This document shows, in pieces, positions 22,334 through 31,510 of a stretch of 64,000 bases of DNA (its first letter is position 1; each line of letters starts with the position of its first letter). Both the position numbers and the translations under genes were made by a program. Under the pieces are notes generated by a model. The model did not search any database and was not told where the DNA came from. It was given only the letters and a program-made list of their open reading frames with translations. This DNA comes from Strigamia acuminata. Its lineage: Eukaryota. Where the stretch lies: positions 29,326,001-29,390,000 of the forward strand of contig OX442314.1 of assembly GCA_949358305.1 (NCBI GenBank), read 5' to 3'.

Positions 22334-23126
22334 CTATTCCTGCTTAAAATGCTTTTCTCCGGTGTCGGTTAAAAGATGTCTTCTGAAATTCCCACTTTGA
22401 ATGCAGGAATAAGCACATAAATGACACTTGAACGGTTTTTCTCCAGTATGGGTTAAAAGATGTGTTTTTAAAGTCCCATTTTGAGCCGAAGAGTAATCGC
22501 ACAAATGGCACTTGAATGGTTTTTCTCCTGTGTGGGTTAATAAATGTTTTTTTAAATTCCCATTTTGATTGCAAGAATAATCACACCAATGGCATTTAAA
22601 TGGTTTTTCTCCTGTGTGGGTTAATAAATGTTTTTTTTAAATTTCCTCTTTCACTGCAAGAATAATCACACCAATGGCACTTGAATGGTTTTTCTCCTGT
22701 GTGGGTTAATAGATGGACTTTTAAATGCCCACTATGAGTCGAACAATAATCACACAAATGGCACTTGAATGGTTTTTCTCCTGTGTGGGTTAATAGATGT
22801 CTTCTTAAATCTCCATTTTGATTGCAAGAATAATCACACAAATGGCACTTGAATGGTTTTTCTCCTGTGTGGGTTAATAGATGGACTTTTAAATGCCCAC
22901 TATGAGCCGAAGAATAATCACACAAATGGCACTTGAACGGTTTTTCTCCAGTGTGAATTCGCATGTGGACAGTCATGCAAGATTTAAGTCGAAATGAAAG
23001 TGAACACATTTGACATTTGAAAGGCTTTTCACCAGTGTGTTTAAGCATGTGCTGTTGCAATAAGTACACGTATGAACACGAATAATCACACAGATTGCAT
23101 TCGTAATCCTCACGTGTTCTCTTCAT
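22334..23126 (-). pseudogene. Tandem C2H2 zinc-finger gene (9 fingers), left copy; 1-bp insertion in the T8 run at 22631-22638; last finger has His->Asp
   Basis: CxxC...HxxxH fingers with TGEKP linkers. Removing one T restores a frame ending ...RRHLLTDTGEKHFKQE* at 22334. Confidence 0.8.
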
Positions 23127-23292
23127 TTTTTTACATCAATGACAATGACACTGACACTGAAATGAACGTAGTCTGAAATGAAAAAAAAAATAATTAAGTT
23201 AGAAAACGATTAACTCAACTGGACACACTTTAAGTAATATTGGTAAGTATATACTCTGAACAGAATAATTCAAATTCAGTTAGGCCAGTTAG

Positions 23293-26200
23293 TGTTGCTT
23301 ATTGTCCGTTTCAGTGGTGTGATTGATTAAAAATAGGCTGGACACATGGTGAAAATGAATAGCGTGTTATATTCTCGTACATACAATGGAGATACAATAA
23401 AAACAAGTGGCGCTGTCTGGCGATACATTAATACAATAATAATGGTTACTTAAGATTAACACTAGGTGTCACAATTATTTACAACACCTTCCCCTAATTG
23501 GGGCACCGGCTTGGCCCCCCCCAATGACATCCCAACGTTGTTGACATGATCTCGTAGTGTTCCCCTCGGCAGTGACTTCGTGAACATGTCAGCAGGATTT
23601 TCGTTTGTGGCAATGTATTCGAAATTTATTCTTCCGGCTCGTACTTCGTCTCGCAGGTAGAAATACTTCAGATCGATGTGTTTGTTTCTCTCGCTCACTA
23701 TTTTGTTCCTACATAACGCCATCGCTCCTTGGCTATCTGAATTCCAGGTGAGTGGGTCTCCGATGAACTCCTCTGCCCCGATTTCTGTCAAGAAAGATTT
23801 TAGCCATTTTGCTTCTTTCGATGAGTGTATCATCGCCATGTATTCTGCCTCGACTGAAGATAGAGCAACCATCGGTTGCTTCTTGCTACTCCAGGTTACA
23901 GGTGAGTCTGCCATTTTGAAGATGTAACCGCTGTATGATCTTCTGTCTGTCACGTCACTTCCCCAGTCTGCATCTGCGTAGCCCTTCATTTTCTTCCCTG
24001 TCTTCTTAAAGACTAACTTCAAATTCTTCGTTTTCTGGACGTATCGTAGCATTTGCTTTATTCCATTCCAATGCTCTCGACCTGGGCGCTCACAGAACTG
24101 GCTCATGTATGCAGTGGCGTACGCTAAATCTGGTCTTGTGCCGCCAGATATGTAGAGCAGACTTCCAACTGCTTGGCGATACGGCAATGACTCGCTTTCT
24201 TTCTTCACTTTGGACCATTCGTCATCTTCTATCTTTTTGTACTTCACTCCAGGTACCAGCGGTGTGGATGCGTTCTTTGCTTTTTCCATGTTGAATACCT
24301 CCATCACCTCTTCGATGTATTTAGTTTGATCAAGGCTTATACTACCGTCTGCAAGATATTCAATCTTCATTCCTAATATGAATTCTGCTTCACCCAGATC
24401 CTTCGTCTTGAATCTGCCGCTCGTCTTGTCTACGAAATCTTCAATTATCTCGTCGTCCTTTCCGATAATAAAGTTGTCGTCAACAAAAATAGCAACAATC
24501 AGATTTTTCTCTTCGTTGTAGTACACGCATGGCTCTGATTTGCATCCTGTCAATCCTATGGACGTGAAGTATTCCTCGAGGCATTCGTTCCACTCCCTTC
24601 CACTCTGGTGGAGTCCGTATATAGTTTTATCCAGCTTACATACGTGGTCCTCTTTCCCTTCTTCAACGTACGGCTTAACTTGCTTCAAATAAATTTCTTC
24701 CTTTAACTTTGCGTTTAAGTAAGCTGCTGTGAAGTCTAATTGGCGTATTTTCCATCCTCTCTCTACTGCGAGTGCAATTAGAATCCTTAGGGATTTTATC
24801 TTCACGACCGGGGAGTACGTTTCACCATAGTCGATGCCAGGGATTTGGGTAAAACCTTGCGCCACTAAACGCGCCTTATACTTCTCAAATTCTCCGTCCT
24901 TGTACTTTTTCGTGAAAACCCATCTCGCACCAATCGTCTTTTTGTCTGGTGGTTTTGGGACGAGAGTCCATGTTTCATTTTCTTTCATGTTGAACATTTC
25001 TTCATCCATTGCTGTTGACCACATCTCTGCTTCCGGTGACTTTAAAGCAGCTGTCCATGTCTTGGGGACATCCTCCAGTTTTGCAGCTTTACAGACGCTA
25101 CACACCATTTGGCAATCAGCTTTTGCTACCTTGGTTGGAATGTCTTTCATTTGGTAGTCTCGTTTAGCTGCTTGTCTGTCTGAGCGCTTTATAGTCGTTT
25201 GAGTTTCTGGTAGTGGCAACAATGTTCTGTCTTCGTCCAACGAATTTTCCTCTCCGTCTTGAAACAAATTTATTTCTCTTTCAGGTGCGGCTTCATCATA
25301 CGTGTTTTCACCTTCTTCAGACAGTATAATTTTGCTGTTTGCTTCGTTTGATGAACTTTCACTTTCTACTTGTGATGTGGGTTCATTTTCCCCTTCGTCT
25401 ACTTCACTGACTTCGTTTATGTCGCCGACTTCGTTTATTTCGCCGACTTCGTCTATTTTGCCGACTTCGTTTGTTTCCTTGATACAATCATCTCGATCGG
25501 GTATTTTTTCTTCTGTCTGGTCCAACTGGGGAAAAATTTCCTCTCTTTCGACGTTTATTTGCTGAATACCGTCTGCATTCGTGTTCTTTTTCAATGGGAA
25601 CACATCTTCTTCAAATATTACGTCTCTGCTTAGAAAAATTTCACCCGTGTCAACATTCCATAATTTATACCCTTTCGTTTCCAATGAGTATCCTAACAAA
25701 ACGCATTTGACTCCTCTCGGGTCAAGTTTGCCTTTCTTCGCCAATCTTCGATCCGATGACCATGCTAGGCAACCGAATACTCGCAAAAAACTTCGATCAA
25801 CATCTTTTGACGTCCATAAACGCTCCGGTGTTTCTCCATTTATGGATCGTGACGTGCATTTGTTTCGTATGAAACATGCGGTGTTGAGGGCGTCTGCCCA
25901 GTATCCTTTCGGAATTCCTGATTCTACCATGAAACATCTTGCCATGTCTAACAGGGTTTCATTCATACGCTCGGCGATCCCATTTTGTTGCGGGGTCCCG
26001 GGTATGGTCTTCTGACGCATGATTCCGTGTTTGGCCAGATACTCGTCAAAAACCTTCGACACGTATTCGCCTCCGTTGTCGCTTCGAATTTTCTTAATCT
26101 TCGTACCGTGGAGTGTTTCGGCCATTCGTCGATAGTGGTCAAACTTCTCAAGTACTTCGTCTTTTGACTTGAGAAAATACGCAACAGTGTATCGTGTGTA

Positions 26201-28073
26201 ATCATCCACAAAAGTAACAATGTACTTTGTTCCTCCAATTGAGGTTGGCGTGATTTTCCCCATGACATCTGTGTGTATTAGCTCCAATGGTGCGCTCGTT
26301 TTCGACAAACTTTGTGATGGAAATGGTTTTCGTTTGATTTTTGCTCTCATGCAAATTTCGCACTTTCCTGCTGTTTCATCTTTATCGTCGAATTGGATTT
26401 CTTCTTTCTTCTTTAGACTCTGTACAGCGTCAAAATGTAGGTGGCCCAAACGTCTGTGCCAAAGTGTTTCATCCTCCATTTTTGCCTTCTTTGCCGCACG
26501 TCTTCCTTCGATGATTTTGTATAAACGGCCTTCTCGTTTCGCAACGATAATTTCTTCTCCATCCTCATCCTTTACCGTGGCGAGTCCATTTCCAAAATCA
26601 ATCTTGTATCCTAGTTCATCCAAACGTCCAACCGACAACAAATTTCCGTCAAGTTCCGGTATAAACAGGACATCTTTTAGAATTACTTCTGTACCCCCAT
26701 TTTCGTCAGAAAGGGCAAATTCAGTAGTCCCGGTTCCTTCCACGGTCATTGCTTCTTTATTAGCAACATCTACTCGAGACCGTTTTGGCTTGAAATTTGA
26801 CAATTTGTTTTTAGATGCCGTCATGTGATCGGTCGCGCCGCTGTCGAGATACCAAATCATTTCCTCTGCATTGTGACCAACTTCTGTTACACGCAACGCC
26901 TTCTGTCGAACAATCTTGGCGGATTTCGCAGGTTCTTCCTTCTTGCTGCTGTCTTCCGCTTCTTTCGCATCAGGACAGTTACGTGCAATATGGCCCATTT
27001 TATTGCAGCAGTAACATTTGATCCACTTCTTCTGCTCATGCGGCTTGCTGGCATTTATTCCCTCACTCCCTTCAGTTTGTTTGCCTTTTTTCTCGAATTT
27101 TGCTTTCGATTTGTAATTTTTGAACGAATTTTTGGCTGCAAAAACTTTTGCCGTTTCTTCTCCTTCTTCGTCCTTTATTTTGTCCTCAGCACGGCGTTGT
27201 TTCCTCTTTTCTTCTACCAAAAGTCTAGCTTTCACCAGTGTCGTTGATAAATCATCTTCATTTTGCTCTAAATTCAAAATAAGAGACTCATAAGATTCAG
27301 GCAAACCAATCAGCATCACGAGTGCGACTTCCTTGTCACTTAAAGCGTAACCGCAGCTTGCAAGCTTCCTGTGAATCTGCATCAACCGTCCGAGATAATC
27401 TCTCATGCACTCTTCCTTTTTCATTTTGATGGTAAATAAATCACGCAGTAATTGTAGTACGTTCAACAGTCCAAATTTTGAATGCGCCGCTTTCAACGTC
27501 TCCCATGCTTCCTTTGCACTGTTTAGGTCGCCAATATCATCCAGATAATTGTCTTCTACAATCATGAACAGGTAAGCAATGGCCTTCTTGTTCTTCTTCA
27601 TCTGATCTGGAGTTAATATTGGTCCAAAACCTGGGTCAATGGCCTCCCAAACGTCCTTTTCTTCCAAACCTCCCTGTGCACGCTTCGACCATGCATGGTA
27701 GTTGTCGCTGGAGAGCCTCTCAAAGCGTGGAAATTCAATTTTGGCCATGTCGCGATGTTTTTCAAAATGGCGTCGTACTCAATTTTTCACTTAGCTTCAG
27801 TCACAGTTCACTATTTTCTACACAGTTCTCTTCATAAATCACACAAACCGCAGTGGAATGGATGCTGTGGCCCATAACCTGTTGCTTATTGTCCGTTTCA
27901 GTGGTGTGATTGATTAAAAATAGGCTGGACACATGGTGAAAATGAATAGCGTGTTATATTCTCGTACATACAATGGAGATACAATAAAAACAAGTGGCGC
28001 TGTCTGGCGATACATTAATACAATAATAATGGTTACTTAAGATTAACACTAGGTGTCACAATTATTTACAACA
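23293..28073 (-). mobile_element. Full-length Ty1/copia LTR retrotransposon; LTRs 23293-23486 and 27880-28073 (194 bp), TSD GTTAG
   Basis: Apparently identical TG...CA LTRs; 5-bp TSD at 23288-23292 and 28074-28078; copia-type PBS GGTTATGGGCC; PPT TAGGGGAAGG. Confidence 0.97.
23462..27748 (-). CDS. Copia Gag-Pol polyprotein (1428 aa; Gag CCHC, protease, integrase, RT, RNase H)
   Basis: CYCCNKMGHIARNC; WYLDSGA; WHRRLGH..CEIC; IHTDV, RSDNGGEY, AERMN; KARLVAQGF; FVDD; YADADWG, in copia domain order and uninterrupted. Confidence 0.97.
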   Translation of the reverse strand: MAKIEFPRFERLSSDNYHAWSKRAQGGLEEKDVWEAIDPGFGPILTPDQMKKNKKAIAYLFMIVEDNYLDDIGDLNSAKEAWETLKAAHSKFGLLNVLQLLRDLFTIKMKKEECMRDYLGRLMQIHRKLASCGYALSDKEVALVMLIGLPESYESLILNLEQNEDDLSTTLVKARLLVEEKRKQRRAEDKIKDEEGEETAKVFAAKNSFKNYKSKAKFEKKGKQTEGSEGINASKPHEQKKWIKCYCCNKMGHIARNCPDAKEAEDSSKKEEPAKSAKIVRQKALRVTEVGHNAEEMIWYLDSGATDHMTASKNKLSNFKPKRSRVDVANKEAMTVEGTGTTEFALSDENGGTEVILKDVLFIPELDGNLLSVGRLDELGYKIDFGNGLATVKDEDGEEIIVAKREGRLYKIIEGRRAAKKAKMEDETLWHRRLGHLHFDAVQSLKKKEEIQFDDKDETAGKCEICMRAKIKRKPFPSQSLSKTSAPLELIHTDVMGKITPTSIGGTKYIVTFVDDYTRYTVAYFLKSKDEVLEKFDHYRRMAETLHGTKIKKIRSDNGGEYVSKVFDEYLAKHGIMRQKTIPGTPQQNGIAERMNETLLDMARCFMVESGIPKGYWADALNTACFIRNKCTSRSINGETPERLWTSKDVDRSFLRVFGCLAWSSDRRLAKKGKLDPRGVKCVLLGYSLETKGYKLWNVDTGEIFLSRDVIFEEDVFPLKKNTNADGIQQINVEREEIFPQLDQTEEKIPDRDDCIKETNEVGKIDEVGEINEVGDINEVSEVDEGENEPTSQVESESSSNEANSKIILSEEGENTYDEAAPEREINLFQDGEENSLDEDRTLLPLPETQTTIKRSDRQAAKRDYQMKDIPTKVAKADCQMVCSVCKAAKLEDVPKTWTAALKSPEAEMWSTAMDEEMFNMKENETWTLVPKPPDKKTIGARWVFTKKYKDGEFEKYKARLVAQGFTQIPGIDYGETYSPVVKIKSLRILIALAVERGWKIRQLDFTAAYLNAKLKEEIYLKQVKPYVEEGKEDHVCKLDKTIYGLHQSGREWNECLEEYFTSIGLTGCKSEPCVYYNEEKNLIVAIFVDDNFIIGKDDEIIEDFVDKTSGRFKTKDLGEAEFILGMKIEYLADGSISLDQTKYIEEVMEVFNMEKAKNASTPLVPGVKYKKIEDDEWSKVKKESESLPYRQAVGSLLYISGGTRPDLAYATAYMSQFCERPGREHWNGIKQMLRYVQKTKNLKLVFKKTGKKMKGYADADWGSDVTDRRSYSGYIFKMADSPVTWSSKKQPMVALSSVEAEYMAMIHSSKEAKWLKSFLTEIGAEEFIGDPLTWNSDSQGAMALCRNKIVSERNKHIDLKYFYLRDEVRAGRINFEYIATNENPADMFTKSLPRGTLRDHVNNVGMSLGGAKPVPQLGEGVVNNCDT

Positions 28074-28897
28074 GTTAGGCCTAACGATCGATGCACAGAT
28101 TATGCCGAATTTTATAAACCGGAAAAAAAATTAAATAATACCCCAAAAAATGTGATTATTCTATTCTCCTATCTTTACCTTAATTTGCTTACACTTTGGA
28201 ACCTTTCAAACGTAATAAACATGCACTTAATCGCGGATGAACGAATAAGTGCGATACATCAGAAGACAATAAGAAAGATCAAACGGCGGTTGTCGTAGAA
28301 ACTATAAGTGCATATTAGCGCCGGCTATTGACAATAATTTAACTATACACAATACAACAAAAACACAAACAACAAATTTAAAGCATTTGCTATGTGCATT
28401 CAATTTGTAGTGTAATAATGTTTGTGCCTTTGTTGTATTGTGTTTAGTTCAAATATTGTCACTAGTCGGCGCTATTATGCACTGGTAGTGGTTTCTACGG
28501 CAACCTCCGTTTCATCTTTGTTATTGTATTTTGTTAAATTGCACTTTTTCGTTCTTCCTCGATTAAATGCACGTTTATTACGTTTGAAGGGTTCCAAAGT
28601 GTAAGCAGATTAAGGTAAAGATAGGAAATTAGATAAATCACATTTTTTTGGGTATTATGGAAATTTTTTCGGTTTTAAAGTCCGGCGCAATTGTGCATCG
28701 ACCGTTAGGCCTAACTCGCCTAACTGAATTCGAACCATTGGCGGCGATGCCCGACCTCGCTTTTTCTGATCATAGTTTATATATACATTCCAGTATTATT
28801 TAAAGTGTGTCCAATTAAGTTAATCATTTTCGAACATAATTATTATTATTTTTTTCATTTCAGACTACGTTCATTCCAGTGGTTGAAGTAAAAAAAA

Positions 28898-29680
28898 ATG
28901 AAGAGAACACGTGAGGATTACGAATGCAATCTATGTGATTATTCGTGTTCATACGTGTACTTATTGCAACAGCACATGCTTAAACACACTGGTGAAAAGC
29001 CGTTCAAATGTCAAATATGTTCACTTTCATTTCGACTTAAAACTTGCATGACTGTCCACATGCGAATTCACACTGGAGAAAAGCCGTTCAAGTGCCATTT
29101 GTGTGAATATTCCTGCAAGCAAAATGGGGGTTTAAGAAGACATTTATTAACTCACACAGGAGAAAAACCATTCAAGTGCCATTTGTGTGATTATTCTTGC
29201 AATCAAAATGGGAACTTAAAAACACATTTATTAACACATTCAGGAGAAAAACCGTTCAAGTGCCATTTGTGTGATTATCGTTCGATTCATAGTGGGCATT
29301 TAAAAGACCATCTATTAACCCACACAGGAGAAAAACCATTCACGTGCCATTTGTGTGATTATTCCTGCTGTGAAAGAGGGAATTTAAAGAGTCATTTATT
29401 AACCCACACAGGAGAAAAACCATTCACGTGCCATTTGTGTGATTATTCCTGCAGTGTAAGAGGGAATTTAAAGAGTCATTTCTTAACCCACACAGGAGAA
29501 AAACCATTCAAGTGTTATCTGTGTGATTATTCTAGTAATCGAAATGGGAATTTAAGAAAACATATACTAACCCACACAGGAGAAAAACCATTCAAGTGCC
29601 ATTTGTGCGATTACTCTTCGGCTCAAAGTGGGCATTTAAGAAGACATCTTTTAACCCATACAGGAGAAAAAGCTTTTTAA
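28898..29680 (+). CDS. Tandem C2H2 zinc-finger protein (9 fingers, 260 aa, no effector domain), right copy; probable 5'UTR intron 28601-28863
   Basis: Nine canonical fingers with TGEKP linkers; in-frame TAA immediately upstream of the ATG; GTAAGC donor and pyrimidine-rich CAG acceptor upstream. Confidence 0.9.
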   Translation: MKRTREDYECNLCDYSCSYVYLLQQHMLKHTGEKPFKCQICSLSFRLKTCMTVHMRIHTGEKPFKCHLCEYSCKQNGGLRRHLLTHTGEKPFKCHLCDYSCNQNGNLKTHLLTHSGEKPFKCHLCDYRSIHSGHLKDHLLTHTGEKPFTCHLCDYSCCERGNLKSHLLTHTGEKPFTCHLCDYSCSVRGNLKSHFLTHTGEKPFKCYLCDYSSNRNGNLRKHILTHTGEKPFKCHLCDYSSAQSGHLRRHLLTHTGEKAF

Positions 29681-30699
29681 GCAGGAATATAAATTTATAA
29701 ACGTTCGTTTCATACATTCTGTTTTTAATTCTTAAATTCAAACGCTAATTTTTTGTTTTATTTGTGCATTTCACTTTTTAAAGTAACATATTTATTACTT
29801 TGAATTCTTGACAAGTAGAATTGTATGTTTTTTCCTCGGTTCATTTTCAATTTTAAAACAAGTTCTCTCATTGTAAATGAATGTAAATTTTTTTTTTGAC
29901 TTTCACGTTTTTGTATGTTCTGAATTAAATTTGATAACTTGAAAACGAGCAATTTCCAATGTATTTTATAGGTGCTCAAATTGATATATTTGCAAATATT
30001 AATTTTAATGCTTAGGAAAAACACAAAAAGTTTAATTTGAACAAATCACTTTCAGGATAACTTGTGTGATCCGAGTGACGAACACAACATCCAGTGGAAA
30101 GAGTTGGCTACTTTGGACTAGATCAACTTATAAATCTTTACTGCGTATCGAACAAGCGAAAGAAAAAGAAACAAGAGATGATGCCTTTAGTGTTGATCCA
30201 AGGGAATGCGGAACCCGTTTGGAAGCGGAGCAAATTAGTTCTGCCAGCTCTGCAAATCTGCTATCAAGCATTAGAGCATCACTGGAATAGAATTTGAAAA
30301 GAATTGTAAATAATGGATTTTACAACTTTGTAAATTAGATTTACAATCAATTGAAAATTATTTTTTTCTCAACATACGGTATTTACAATCTAGGAAAGAG
30401 TCTATTTCCATGACTCTTTTTACAATTATTTTACAAGCATTTTCAATTTTGAAAATTTGAATTTTCACAATCTATTTCCAATATATTTTCAGGTTTTCTA
30501 CCAACACCAAAAAAACATACTACCCTCTATTTTTAAAATTTTAAATACATTGACTCAAATTATTTTTTTTTTCATTTGAACTGTTTTTCTTTACAAACAT
30601 CATTTTGCAATTAGTTTTCATTGATATCAACACAATTTGTATGTTTTAGCAGATTTTATTTTTCTTAATTTTTCTTTATAACTTATCCTACCCATTCCT

Positions 30700-30762
30700 A
30701 TACCTGAACCTGGGAGCCTTTGTTCTGAAGACCACTGCTCTACCCACTAGGCTAACATGGCC
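30700..30762 (-). repeat. tRNA-derived SINE head or tRNA pseudogene fragment
   Basis: Minus strand GGCCATGTTAGCCTAGTGGGTAGAGCAGTGGTCTTCAGAACAAAGGCTCCCAGGTTCAGG, with an A box and partial B box; stems poorly paired. Confidence 0.45.
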
Positions 30763-31224
30763 TATGATAGATAAATGTATAACTTCCCATGACACACATA
30801 ATTAACTTAACCAGAATCTCTGGTCGTCCTCTGAGTTTTTTAAATGTTTACAGGAAAAAAAACAATCGGTATTTTCAGTCGAAAAATCAAAACCAACCTT
30901 TTAGGTTTAAAAAATAGTTCAGAATTCATTGTCAAATTTATAAATGATGATTACATCAAATCGTGTATTAATTATTCACATTAAAACAAACGAGAGTTGA
31001 TGAAAAGTCACAAAATCAAATGATACCAATAGCTACATTTATTTATATCCATAAAATGGTGAAAAATAAACGAATACTGTCACGAGAGGGTGCTTACAAG
31101 CGCATGCGCGTGTGGGATGACTCCATCTTGACTTTGTGGTCTCCACGAAGCTGTTTTCGTGTAAAATCTGCGTTAATCAAATTATAGAACGGTTCAGATA
31201 CCCGTGTAATACATTTAAGTGCCC

Positions 31225-31510
31225 GACATCTGCACGTATCTGTAAGTTCGTAGGCCAGGTAAAATTTAACAGGTTCGTAACCGTCGTTTTATATACCTTT
31301 AACTTGGCGGGTGAAATGGTAATAAAAACCGGAAATTGTAAGCATATATTCATTTTTGTGTTTATAATTATTTAGGTGAATGCTGCTATTCATTATTTTT
31401 GAAGTGGGAAGTATTAAATCCACGTTTAACCCACTCGTCTTGAGGTCATCGGATGATCCGAAAGTTCGTTGATTACTCGCTACAATGTGGCTGAAATTGA
31501 GTTACGGTAA
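31225..31510. repeat. Segment duplicated at ~17835-18112
   Basis: Near-identical run ...TCTGTAAGTTC...GGTTCGTAACCGTCGTTTTATATACCTTTAACTTGGCGGGTGAAATGG...GGCTGAAATTGAGTTACGG. Confidence 0.85.

Noticed and set aside
23676..27877. Plus-strand ORFs over the copia
   Set aside because: Antisense shadows of the Gag-Pol ORF.
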